A DNA stretch of 64,000 bases, taken from positions 13,685 through 77,684 of the forward strand of contig CAWFOM010000015.1 in the NCBI GenBank assembly GCA_963817385.1, written 5' to 3'. Positions 28,837 through 38,001 of the stretch are shown in pieces (positions within the stretch are counted from its first letter, which is position 1; each line of letters starts with the position of its first letter). The notes below the pieces were generated by a model, which was not told where the DNA came from, ran no database searches, and saw nothing but the letters and a program-made list of their open reading frames with translations. The position numbers and the translations under genes are program-made. The DNA comes from an uncultured delta proteobacterium. Its GTDB lineage: Bacteria; Desulfobacterota; Syntrophia; Syntrophales; UBA5619.

Positions 28837-29610
28837 ATGGAAACGAAACTGCCTGCATCTCAATTGTATAATGCCTGTCATGTCCTCTTCGGATCGGAAA
28901 TTAATGTTTCCGTTGATTTCCTCCGGTATCTCGAGATGCCGGGGCTCAAGGCCGTATACCGGAAAAAGGCCCTGGAAACCCATCCGGATCGGGCCATGGC
29001 GCTTGCCTGCCAGTCCCCCGTTCTGGAAGAACGGTTCAAGGAGGTCAACGCCGCCTATCAGGAGCTTCGCGAATATCTGGAGAACCCTTGGCAGTTCACG
29101 TTGATCGATGATCGTTTCCGGAAAAGGCAGCATCACTCTTCCCAGAAGACGCGTTCCCGGCCAAGGGCGCAGGCGAACCGGAAGGATTCGCCTTTGGATG
29201 GGCTTTACTCCCGGTTTTTCGAGGGAACGATGCCGAAAAGGGAGCTGCTGTTCGGCCAATATGTCTATCATTACGGATACATCTCATACCGGCAGTTGAT
29301 TGACGCCATTATCTGGCAGAAGTTCCAGCGGCCGCTGATAGGCAAGATTGCCGTGCGCTGGGGATGGCTTTATGAAGATGATGTCAGGCAGATCCTCAGG
29401 CAGCGGCAATGGGGAGAAAAGTTCGGAGAAGCAGCCTTGCGCGGCGGGTATCTGACGTCGGACAGGCTCCGGATTATTCTGATAAGGCAGCGCATGCTGC
29501 AACCCAGGATCGGCAAATATTTCGTGGAGAAGAGGATACTCCCGGTTTCTCTCGTGGAAACCATGGCAGAGCAATCGCGCCGCCACAACCGGCAATACCG
29601 GTCCCGATAA
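28837..29610 (+). CDS. J-domain (DnaJ-like) protein with C-terminal MshEN-like repeats
   Basis: YRKKALETHPDR...FKEVNAAYQEL J-domain; four FG/IG-x6-G-type repeats at the C-terminus. Confidence 0.82.
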   Translation: METKLPASQLYNACHVLFGSEINVSVDFLRYLEMPGLKAVYRKKALETHPDRAMALACQSPVLEERFKEVNAAYQELREYLENPWQFTLIDDRFRKRQHHSSQKTRSRPRAQANRKDSPLDGLYSRFFEGTMPKRELLFGQYVYHYGYISYRQLIDAIIWQKFQRPLIGKIAVRWGWLYEDDVRQILRQRQWGEKFGEAALRGGYLTSDRLRIILIRQRMLQPRIGKYFVEKRILPVSLVETMAEQSRRHNRQYRSR

Positions 29611-29732
29611 CCTCCGGGGCCGCGATTGTTCCCGCCCCGATGAAATTCTATTGACTCACCATCGCCGTTTTCATATACTCACGCCGCTTATAAATAACCT
29701 GTCTGGAAAGACGATATCAGGAGGAGGACCCC

Positions 29733-30104
29733 ATGGAATACGTTCGCATGGTTGATTTCGCGGCCATCGATACAAGCGGCGCCGACGAGCGCGTGACCCA
29801 GAATCTGTTCGATCACACGTCGGGCGCCAAACACTGCACGATCAATTGCATCAAGACGCCTGTCGGCGGCGGTTCCCCGGCCGGTATGCACGTTCACGCC
29901 GTCGATCAGGTCTTCTACATCCTGAAGGGCACGATGAGCATCGAGGTCGAGGGTAAGCAGTACGACTGCCGCCCGGGCTCGCTCATCGTCTTCCCCGCCG
30001 GCGTGCCGCACCGCAACTGGAACGGCGGCAGCGCGCCGACCGTGCACCTGGCCTTTAATACGCCTCTGCCCGATCCCAACGTCCCCTTCGCGAAGTCGAT
30101 CTGA
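29733..30104 (+). CDS. Cupin domain protein
   Basis: MHVHAVDQVFYILKG, FPAGVPHRNWN; AGGAGGAG RBS. Confidence 0.88.
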   Translation: MEYVRMVDFAAIDTSGADERVTQNLFDHTSGAKHCTINCIKTPVGGGSPAGMHVHAVDQVFYILKGTMSIEVEGKQYDCRPGSLIVFPAGVPHRNWNGGSAPTVHLAFNTPLPDPNVPFAKSI

Positions 30105-30132
30105 CGATCTCCGGGGACAGGGAGATAACCGC

Positions 30133-32403
30133 ATGCGCAACACCGATCGCGATCATCTCAGCCTGCTCTACGATATCGGCGAACTCTCGGGGTTGATCCG
30201 CGAGAGCACGGATATCCCGAATCTGCTCGACCGTACCGTGACCATGATCTCCGAGCACCTCCAGGCGGAAGTGTGTTCGATCTACCTCTACGATGAACAG
30301 ACCCGCGAGTTGGTCCTCAAGGCGACCAAGGGGCTTAATCCCGAAGCCGTGGAGAAGGTGCGCATGGCATACGGAACGGGGCTCGTGGGCGCCACGCTGG
30401 CGGGGTTGGAGCCGATCATCGAAGGCGATGCGCCCAAGAGTCCGCGCTTCAAGTATTTTGCGGAGGCCCATGAGGATGCCTTCCGCTCCTTTCTCTCCGT
30501 CCCCATCCAGCACGGGGAGGTCCAGATCGGGGTCCTGGTCGTGCAGCATTCCACCCCGGATTATTTCGACACGGCCGACATACGGACCTTGCGGGCGGTT
30601 GCCTCTCAGCTGGCGGGCGTTCTCGAGAATGTGCGTCTGGTGATGGATCTCCGGGGACGCGAAGGGATATCGGATCACTCCGTGAAGGCGGATCTGGGCT
30701 TCGTGAAAGGCCAGGCTGCCTCGCCCGGCTTCGCCTATGGGCCCGCGGCCGTTTTCGACCGGAGCCATGTCCGGCTGCTCGAGACGGCGGATCTCCCCGA
30801 TGCCACGGAGGATGATTTCCACCGGGCCGTCGCCGCGACCGCCCGGCAGCTCGAGCATCTCCAGGAGCGGATCACCGAACGACTTCCCGAGAGCGCTTCC
30901 CTGATCTTCTCCGCCCATTTCCTGATGCTCAAGGATGCCCAGTTCACCGATCGCATCGTGACGAAAATCCGGGCCGGAACGGCCGTATCGCAGGCGGTGA
31001 GGGAGGTGGCCCGGCATTATATCGACCTCTTCGGAACGAGCCCCCACCTCTATCTCCGGGAAAAAGCCAAGGACATTGAGGATCTGACCGGGCGTATCCT
31101 GAAGAATCTTGCCGGTCAGTCCTGGGAGGACCGGGGGCTCTACGAGCGCCGGATCGTGATCTCCCCGGCTCTCTATCCCTCCGAGGTTCTCAAATTCGCG
31201 GCCGAAGGGGCGGCGGGCATCGTGCTGACCGAAGGCGGCGTGACCTCGCATGTCGCCATTCTGGCCCGCACGCTCGGCATACCCCTCATCATTGCCTCCC
31301 GACCCGAACTGCTGGCCCTCCCGCAGGATACTCCCATCCTCATGGACGCGGAGCTGGGCAATGTCTATGCCGATCCGGGTCCGGATATCGTCGAGCGCTT
31401 CCGGAGCGGCGATCAGGCGCGCCGGGCGGCGGCTTCGCATGCCGCGACCATGCTCTCCGAGACCAGAACCAGGGACGGGGCGAGAATTCACTTGCGGGCC
31501 AACATCAACCTCCTGAGCGAGGTCCCGATCGCCCGGGAACTCAAAGCCGAGGGCATCGGCCTGTACCGGACCGAATTTCCGTTCCTCGTCCGGTCGAGCT
31601 TCCCGGCGGAAGAAGAAGAGTACCGGGTCTACCGGCGTCTGTGCGAGGGCATGCCCGGCCAACCGGTGACCTTCCGGACCCTGGATATCGGGGGCGAAAA
31701 GGTGCCGGCCTACTGGGAGATCGCCAGTGAACCCAACCCCCAGTTGGGCTTGCGCTCCATCCGTTTCTCGCTTCGCCATCCCGAGCAGTTCATCCAACAG
31801 GTGAGGGCGATCCTGAGGGCCGGGGCAGATACCGAACGGTTGGGCATCATGTTTCCGATGCTCACTTCGCTGGACGAATTCATCCGCGCGCGGGAGCTCG
31901 TAGCCGACAGCCTCCATGCCCTCGAGCGGGAGCGGCTGCCGCACCATGTTGCTCCGTCCCTGGGGGCGATGATCGAGGTGCCCGCCGTCGTGGAGATCAT
32001 CGATGAACTCGCGGGGGCGGCGGATTTTCTCTCGATCGGTACCAACGACTTTGTCCAGTATCTCCTCGGCGTGGACCGCATGAACGACCAGGTGGCCTAT
32101 GCCTACCGGCCCGAACACCCTTCCGTGCTCAGAACGCTCAGACGCATTGCCGACGCCGCCCGCCGTGCCGGCAAGGATCTGAGCGTCTGCGGGGAGATGG
32201 CCTTCGACCGGGATTTGATGCCGTTCCTGATCGGCATCGGCATTCAAGCGCTCAGCGTCGATCCGCATCATCTCCCGGCGCTCCAGCGGCGGATCGGCGC
32301 CCTCAGCCTTGGCGAGGCCGAGGCCTATGCCGCGCGGCTCCTTGCCGAGCCCACCCTTACGGGCGTGCAGGCTATTATCGGAGGTTCACTATGGCGAATG
32401 TGA
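30133..32403 (+). CDS. ptsP: Phosphoenolpyruvate-protein phosphotransferase with N-terminal GAF domain (EI-Ntr type)
   Basis: GAF (EVCSIYL...LKATKGL), phospho-His GGVTSHVAILAR, GIGLYRTEF, RTLDIGGEK, SIGTNDFVQY, CGEMA. Confidence 0.93.
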   Translation: MRNTDRDHLSLLYDIGELSGLIRESTDIPNLLDRTVTMISEHLQAEVCSIYLYDEQTRELVLKATKGLNPEAVEKVRMAYGTGLVGATLAGLEPIIEGDAPKSPRFKYFAEAHEDAFRSFLSVPIQHGEVQIGVLVVQHSTPDYFDTADIRTLRAVASQLAGVLENVRLVMDLRGREGISDHSVKADLGFVKGQAASPGFAYGPAAVFDRSHVRLLETADLPDATEDDFHRAVAATARQLEHLQERITERLPESASLIFSAHFLMLKDAQFTDRIVTKIRAGTAVSQAVREVARHYIDLFGTSPHLYLREKAKDIEDLTGRILKNLAGQSWEDRGLYERRIVISPALYPSEVLKFAAEGAAGIVLTEGGVTSHVAILARTLGIPLIIASRPELLALPQDTPILMDAELGNVYADPGPDIVERFRSGDQARRAAASHAATMLSETRTRDGARIHLRANINLLSEVPIARELKAEGIGLYRTEFPFLVRSSFPAEEEEYRVYRRLCEGMPGQPVTFRTLDIGGEKVPAYWEIASEPNPQLGLRSIRFSLRHPEQFIQQVRAILRAGADTERLGIMFPMLTSLDEFIRARELVADSLHALERERLPHHVAPSLGAMIEVPAVVEIIDELAGAADFLSIGTNDFVQYLLGVDRMNDQVAYAYRPEHPSVLRTLRRIADAARRAGKDLSVCGEMAFDRDLMPFLIGIGIQALSVDPHHLPALQRRIGALSLGEAEAYAARLLAEPTLTGVQAIIGGSLWRM

Positions 32404-33596
32404 AGAGGAAAAAGGGGACCATCGGGATCCTGACGGGCGGCGGAGACGTCCCCGGCCTCAACCCGGCGATCCGGGCCGTCACCATCCGGGCCCTCCGCGA
32501 AGGTTTCAAGGTGATCGGGATTCGCAGGGGCTGGAAAGGACTGATATCCTGCGTTCGGGACAAGCAGGTCGTCCAGGAAGAGTGCTTCCAGATTCTCACG
32601 GAGGAGATTGTCAACAAAGTGGGCCGTACGGGGGGGACCTTTCTCCATACCTCCCGGACCCGGCCCAGCCACATCCCCCTGGGTGACATTCCCGACCATC
32701 TGCAGGGCCGATATACCGATGCGGTTAATGACCTCACGCCGGAGGTCTTGAAGAATCTCGATTTTCTGGGCATCGATTATCTGGTCGCCGTCGGCGGGGA
32801 CGATACCCTCAGCTACGGCGTGCACCTGTCGGGAATGGGCGTCAAGATGATCGCCATTCCCAAGACCATGGACAATGATGTTCAGGGGACGGATTACTGC
32901 ATCGGATTCAGCACCTGCATTACCCGGACCATTGAGATGACCCATTCGCTACGCACCACGGCGGGCTCTCACGAGCGGATCCTGGTGATCGAAGTGTTCG
33001 GGCGGTATGCCGGATTTACGGCCCTCTTGCCCACGATGGCGGGGGCGGCAAGCCGCTGCGTCATCCCGGAGTACCGGTTCAAGATCGATCGCCTGACCGA
33101 ATTGCTGGTGATGGATCGTTTCACCAATCCGAGCCATTATTCGGTTGCCCTGGTCTCCGAGGGGGCCATGTTCGATGAGGAGGAGATGGTCTTCGAGAAG
33201 GAGGAGCGGGACCAGTACGGACACCGGAAACTCGGAGGCATCGGAGACCGGATATCCGCCCGGATCCAGGAGACGTCCGCTACGTTTAACGCCGGCAGGA
33301 AGATCAACGTCATCAACCAGCGGCTGGGCTACCTGGTCAGGTGCGGAAATCCCGATGCCATCGACTCCATTGCCCCCATGGCGTTCGGAAACCTGGCCTT
33401 GAACCTGATTTTGAACCGTTCCCACGGAAGGCTGGTCAGCCTGCGGAACGGCAGATACGGTGATGTCCCCATTGATGTGGTCACCAGCGCCAAGAAAGTG
33501 GTGAATATTAAAAAATATTACAACGGTGATCGCCTCTGTCCCTATTACGAGAGCTTTGACTCAAAACCCCTGTTCATCATGACCAGCGATTATTGA
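32391..33596 (+). CDS. 6-phosphofructokinase, PfkA family, PPi-dependent signature
   Basis: LTGGGDVPGLN, GGTFLHTSR, GGDDT, PKTMDND, EVFGRYAG, LGYLVRCG. Confidence 0.92.
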   Translation: MANVKRKKGTIGILTGGGDVPGLNPAIRAVTIRALREGFKVIGIRRGWKGLISCVRDKQVVQEECFQILTEEIVNKVGRTGGTFLHTSRTRPSHIPLGDIPDHLQGRYTDAVNDLTPEVLKNLDFLGIDYLVAVGGDDTLSYGVHLSGMGVKMIAIPKTMDNDVQGTDYCIGFSTCITRTIEMTHSLRTTAGSHERILVIEVFGRYAGFTALLPTMAGAASRCVIPEYRFKIDRLTELLVMDRFTNPSHYSVALVSEGAMFDEEEMVFEKEERDQYGHRKLGGIGDRISARIQETSATFNAGRKINVINQRLGYLVRCGNPDAIDSIAPMAFGNLALNLILNRSHGRLVSLRNGRYGDVPIDVVTSAKKVVNIKKYYNGDRLCPYYESFDSKPLFIMTSDY

Positions 33597-33605
33597 GGAG
33601 GGTCC

Positions 33606-34703
33606 ATGAAGGAATTGTTTCAACCTGCGTCCATCCGTCAGATGAAGTTGGCGAACCGGTTTGTGCGATCGGCAACCTACGAGGGGCTGGCCGCCGCTGA
33701 TGGCGCCTGCACCTTCCCTCTGATCGGTAAAATTGCCGACCTGGCCGAAGGCGGCGTCGGCCTCATCATCACCAGCCACGCCTTTGTGAGCCCCGAGGGC
33801 CGCGCACGACCGCGGCAGCTCGGAATCCACACGGACGCCATGATTCCCGGGTTGCGGAAAATGACGGAGGCCGTCCACGGGAAAGGCGGCAGGATCGTCA
33901 TTCAACTGGCCCACGGGGGAGTCGAAGCCGACCCCGGGGTCGCCGGCCTCGAAGCCCTGGGACCCTCGGCCATTGCAAAGCCGGATGCTGCCGTCTCCCG
34001 GGAAATGGGCGCCGCCGACCTGTCCCGTATCGTGGAAGCCTTTGGTGATGCGGCGCTCAGGGCGAAGAAAGCCGGATTCGACGGCGTCCAGATTCATGCG
34101 GCGCACGGATACCTGCTGAGCCAGTTTCTCTCCCCCCATTTCAATAAAAGAACGGACGCTTACGGCGGCAGCCTCGAAAACCGGGCCCGTCTGCTCCGGG
34201 AGGTGCTGAGCAGCATCCGCGCACGGATGGGAGGGGATTTAGCGGTCCTTGTCAAGATCAATTCGGATGATTTCCTTGACGATGGTTTCCGGCAGGATGA
34301 AATGATCCGTGTTTCGCAGATGCTCGAAACCGGGGGCGTCGATGCCATTGAAATCAGCGGGGGGACCCGCTATTCCGGAGACAAGATACCCAGCCGGATC
34401 GGCATTTCGAAAATCCGGGAAGATGAAGTCTATTACCGCGAAGCGGCCGCAGATTTCAAGACGGCGGTGAACGTCCCCTTGATACTGGTGGGGGGAATCC
34501 GATCGCTTCGCGTTGCGGAGGGCCTCGTCGATGAAGAAGTGGCGGACTACATCGCCCTGAGCCGGCCGCTGATCCGCGAGCCGCACCTGGTGCGGCGCTG
34601 GCAGTCCGCCGACCCCTCCGGGGCGACCTGCGTCTCCTGCAACCGGTGTTACCGGCCGATCCGGCGGGGCGACGGAATCGCGTGCGAGGCGGACAACCGG
34701 TGA
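33606..34703 (+). CDS. NADH:flavin oxidoreductase (Old Yellow Enzyme family)
   Basis: NRFVRSAT, QLAHGG, GFDGVQIHAAHGYLLSQFLSP, RTDAYGGSLENR, CVSCNRC. Confidence 0.93.
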   Translation: MKELFQPASIRQMKLANRFVRSATYEGLAAADGACTFPLIGKIADLAEGGVGLIITSHAFVSPEGRARPRQLGIHTDAMIPGLRKMTEAVHGKGGRIVIQLAHGGVEADPGVAGLEALGPSAIAKPDAAVSREMGAADLSRIVEAFGDAALRAKKAGFDGVQIHAAHGYLLSQFLSPHFNKRTDAYGGSLENRARLLREVLSSIRARMGGDLAVLVKINSDDFLDDGFRQDEMIRVSQMLETGGVDAIEISGGTRYSGDKIPSRIGISKIREDEVYYREAAADFKTAVNVPLILVGGIRSLRVAEGLVDEEVADYIALSRPLIREPHLVRRWQSADPSGATCVSCNRCYRPIRRGDGIACEADNR

Positions 34704-35551
34704 ACAATCAGTCGCTCAATACGGCGCTGATAGTCGAAGGGGGCGCTCTCAGAGGAGTGTTCTCGACGGGGCTTCTTGACGGCTTTCTTGAAGCGCAATT
34801 CAATCCGTTCGACCTGTTCATCGGTGTTTCTTCGGGGGCCTCCAATCTTGCGGCGTACCTCGCCGGGATGATCGGCCGTAACGGGAGAATCTACAGGGAA
34901 TACTCGCTCAGTCCCGAGTTCATCAGTTTCTCCAAGTTTTTGCAGGGAGGGCACCTGCTTGATCTGGACTGGCTCTGGGAGGTAACGATCAGGGAAATCC
35001 GCCTTGACCTGGGGACCGTTTATTCCCGAGGAAAACCCTTCATCGTCGTCATGACGGATGTGCAGACGGGCGATGCCGTCTACCAACTTACCAGCGCCGG
35101 GGATCTCGAACAGATTCTCAAGGCTTCCAGCGCGATGCCGCTTTTGTACCGTGGTTATCCGAAGGTAGGGGGACGTCCGATGACGGACGGCGGGGTGGCG
35201 GATGCGCTTCCGGTGGGGGAGGCGATCCGGCGCGGCGCCCGCCGCATTATGGTCGTTCGCTCGCGGCATCGGGATTACCGGAAACGCACCGGCCCGGCCG
35301 AATATGTGATGCGCTGGCACGTGCGACAGCACCCCCAGCTGCGACAGGCGATGGCGAAGCGCGTTCGGCGTTACAATGAAGCGGTGGCGTTTATTCGCAA
35401 GCCGCCGGACGGCGTTTCGATCATCGAAATATGTCCGCCGGAAAACTTTCGCGTGTCGCGACTCAGCAAAGACCGCCTCATCCTTCAGGAAGGGTACGAG
35501 CAGGGTCGCGCCCTGGCGGGGGAGGCAATGGACCTCTGGAAAAGAGCGTAA
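34700..35551 (+). CDS. Patatin-like phospholipase/esterase
   Basis: EGGALRG, GVSSG, ASSAMP, DGG; GTG start overlaps the OYE stop (GTGA). Confidence 0.9.
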   Translation: MNNQSLNTALIVEGGALRGVFSTGLLDGFLEAQFNPFDLFIGVSSGASNLAAYLAGMIGRNGRIYREYSLSPEFISFSKFLQGGHLLDLDWLWEVTIREIRLDLGTVYSRGKPFIVVMTDVQTGDAVYQLTSAGDLEQILKASSAMPLLYRGYPKVGGRPMTDGGVADALPVGEAIRRGARRIMVVRSRHRDYRKRTGPAEYVMRWHVRQHPQLRQAMAKRVRRYNEAVAFIRKPPDGVSIIEICPPENFRVSRLSKDRLILQEGYEQGRALAGEAMDLWKRA

Positions 35552-35657
35552 AGATGGTATATGATGCTTGGTGAAAAAATAGATAAGCAGGTTCGACGCC
35601 TGCAGCGGTCATTGGGAAATCGGGTGTCATGGGTGTTTGAATGAAAGAGGAGGATGT

Positions 35658-36131
35658 ATGAAAAGAGTATTGGTATTGATTGTGGCGTTTGTGTTTTGCT
35701 TGACGGCTTCCGTATTTGCTCAGGCCACCGCGGATAAGGCCGAGAAGAAGGGCGTGAAGGAAACGGTGAAGGAGGATGTAAAGGCAGCAAAGAAAGATGC
35801 AAAGGAAATGAAGGATGCGGTTAAAACGGAAGTGAAGGAACAGGCAGCCGAGACAAAGGAGTCTGTGAAGGAAGTCAAGAAGGCGGCAAAGGATAAGAAG
35901 GCCCCTGCGGCAAAGGCCGAGAAGAAGACCGTGAAGGAAACGGCGAAGGAAGATGTAAAGGCAGCAAAGAAAGATGCAAAGAAAATGAAGGAGGGAGTCA
36001 AAAAAGAAGTGAAGGAGCAGACAGCGCAGACAAAGGAGTCTGTAAAGGAAGTAAAGAAGGCGGCAAAGGAAGATGTAAAGGAAGTAAAGAAAGCCGTCTC
36101 GAAGGATGCTCCTGCCGCGGAAAAGAAGTAG
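35658..36131 (+). CDS. Exported Lys/Glu/Ala-rich low-complexity protein with a 59-aa tandem duplication
   Basis: GAGGAGG RBS; signal peptide ending SVFA/Q; AAGGCCGAGAAGAAG recurs at 35736 and 35913 (177-bp period). Confidence 0.85.
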   Translation: MKRVLVLIVAFVFCLTASVFAQATADKAEKKGVKETVKEDVKAAKKDAKEMKDAVKTEVKEQAAETKESVKEVKKAAKDKKAPAAKAEKKTVKETAKEDVKAAKKDAKKMKEGVKKEVKEQTAQTKESVKEVKKAAKEDVKEVKKAVSKDAPAAEKK

Positions 36132-36147
36132 TGTTTGCAACACGTTC

Positions 36148-36191
36148 GGCCGGGAATCCGGAGAGTGAAGCCATCCTCCGTATTCCCGGCC
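36148..36191 (+). other. Strong intergenic stem-loop
   Basis: GGCCGGGAATCCGGAG...CTCCGTATTCCCGGCC, no immediate U-tract. Confidence 0.55.
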
Positions 36192-36249
36192 AAGCCCCCC
36201 TGTTTCGGACGGATTTCCTTTTTCCCCCTGATCAAACAAGGAGGATAAT

Positions 36250-37374
36250 ATGCCAGACACGGCCATCCGGGACCGCGCCGCCGGCGCCATCATGGGGGCC
36301 TTCATCGGCGACGCTCTGGGCCTCGGACCTCACTGGTATTACGATCTCGCTGCGCTTCGCCGCGCCTACGGTGAATGGATCACCGGCTACACCGATCCAC
36401 AACCCGGCCGATATCACGAAGGGTCAAAAGCAGGCCAACTCTCCCAGGCGGGCTTCATCCTCGCCCTCACGGTCCGCTCGCTTGTCGAGCGCGGCGGCTA
36501 TGATGAGGCGGACTTTTGTCGCCGGATGGATGAAGAACTCTTTCCGCTCCTTGACGGCACACCGGTAAACGGGCCGGGCGGCTACACCAGCCAGTCGATC
36601 CGGGATGCCTGGCGTCGTCGCGTCCAGCAGAACCTGCCGTGGGGTCAAACGGGCGGCCACGCGGACGACACCGAGGCCATCGAACGCACCCTCGCTCTCG
36701 CCGTCCGCTATGCGTTGCACCCCGGTCAGCTCGCCTCCGCCGTCGCGGGCAATACCATCCTTACCCAGATCGATGACACCGTGGTCTCGATGACCGTCGC
36801 CTACTGCGCGGTTCTGGGCCTTCTGGTGCAGGGGCATGCGCTCGACGCGGAGCTGTCGGCCAAACTGATGGCACTGGTAACCAGCGGAGAACTGCCCTTT
36901 CACACGGTCACCCGCGCCAATTTCCAGCCGCCGCGCCCCGGTGATCCCGACCCGCCCCGTTCCGGCCGATTTGCCTCGCCGGATGCCCTGCTCACGCCAT
37001 CTTACATCGCCAAAGCGGCGGCTGATCCGGGCATCCGCATAGAGCCTGCATGGAAGGTGTCCATTGTGTACGGCATGCCCTGCGCCATCTACCACATACT
37101 GCCCGCCGCCTACTACCTCGCCGCCCGCTTCCCCGACGACTTCGAATCCGCCGTGCTCCATGCCGTCAATGGCGGAGGTCAAAACCAGGCGCGCGCCATC
37201 CTCACCGGCGCCCTCGTCGGCGCCCAGACCGGTCTCTCCCGCATTCCGCAACGATTCCTTGACGGACTCGAAGACGCCACTGCGCTCTGCAACCTGGCCG
37301 TCGCCCTCGCCGCGCAGGTAGCCGGCCCCGCCGACCATCCCGATAGGCCGGATCCGGTGCCGGGCGCCGGATAA
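36250..37374 (+). CDS. ADP-ribosylglycohydrolase family protein (atypical metal-binding motifs)
   Basis: RAAGAIMGAFIGDALG, FESAVLHAVNGGG, TGALVGA..GLSRIP..FLDGL. Confidence 0.85.
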   Translation: MPDTAIRDRAAGAIMGAFIGDALGLGPHWYYDLAALRRAYGEWITGYTDPQPGRYHEGSKAGQLSQAGFILALTVRSLVERGGYDEADFCRRMDEELFPLLDGTPVNGPGGYTSQSIRDAWRRRVQQNLPWGQTGGHADDTEAIERTLALAVRYALHPGQLASAVAGNTILTQIDDTVVSMTVAYCAVLGLLVQGHALDAELSAKLMALVTSGELPFHTVTRANFQPPRPGDPDPPRSGRFASPDALLTPSYIAKAAADPGIRIEPAWKVSIVYGMPCAIYHILPAAYYLAARFPDDFESAVLHAVNGGGQNQARAILTGALVGAQTGLSRIPQRFLDGLEDATALCNLAVALAAQVAGPADHPDRPDPVPGAG

Positions 37375-37387
37375 CATCCTTTTAGGA

Positions 37388-37511
37388 AGGCTGTTTAAAA
37401 AACGGTTAGACGCAAGGCGCGCAAAAACTTGAAAAGTGACGCGTAGTGTGAAATACATCGAACGATGAGGTTTGCAGCGCAACGCAGCAGATGAGCCTTT
37501 TTCAACGGCCT
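37388..37511. mobile_element. 124-bp MITE-like element with 14-bp terminal inverted repeats
   Basis: Left AGGCTGTTTAAAAA; right TTTTTCAACGGCCT (reverse complement AGGCCGTTGAAAAA, 12/14 match); non-coding, between convergent genes. Confidence 0.7.
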
Positions 37512-37516
37512 GAAGA

Positions 37517-37960
37517 TTACCATACGAACGGGATCAACCGTTTGGTGGTCCTCATATAGGCGTCGTATCCCGCAAAGTGTTTTCTCAAGAGGTGTTCTTC
37601 GTACAGCATCTTTACCAGCAAATCGACGGTGAGAATCACACCCGCCGACAATCGAATGGGAGAAAACTGATCGATGATCAGCGGCCAGACGGCAAGCAGC
37701 AACGCCGCGTACATCGGGTGTCGTATCAATGCGTAAGGGCCGTTGGTTACCAGCCGTGCTTCTCGTTTTACCAGGGGAGCGATATTGATGTTTCCCCTGC
37801 CCATAACGACCATGGCCCAGATTCCGAGCGCAATCCCGGCAATTTCCGGGATTGCCAGGGGAAGATAGTACGCCAGGGGGCTGCCCGATGCAAAAATCAG
37901 CACGAGGCAGATTACTTGAATGGACACCAAGATGTATGCTTTCACGGTATCTGGATTCAT
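37517..37960 (-). CDS. Isoprenylcysteine carboxyl methyltransferase family membrane protein
   Basis: LVTNGPYALIRHPMY, EEHLL..HF.GY..Y...TKRLIPFVW. Confidence 0.9.
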   Translation of the reverse strand: MNPDTVKAYILVSIQVICLVLIFASGSPLAYYLPLAIPEIAGIALGIWAMVVMGRGNINIAPLVKREARLVTNGPYALIRHPMYAALLLAVWPLIIDQFSPIRLSAGVILTVDLLVKMLYEEHLLRKHFAGYDAYMRTTKRLIPFVW

Positions 37961-38001
37961 TGATCTGTCCCATCCCGGACAGGAGACGGCTTAGGGTATT
38001 C

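Noticed and set aside
30055..32271. 738-aa minus-strand ORF, and similar long antisense ORFs at 20964-22538, 46729-48072, 26573-27601 and 36424-37482
   Set aside because: They lie antisense to well-supported genes, have no recognisable motifs, and are expected shadows of GC-rich codon usage.
35700..36131. CRISPR-like or non-coding tandem repeat
   Set aside because: The repeats are in-frame coding duplications without unique spacers.
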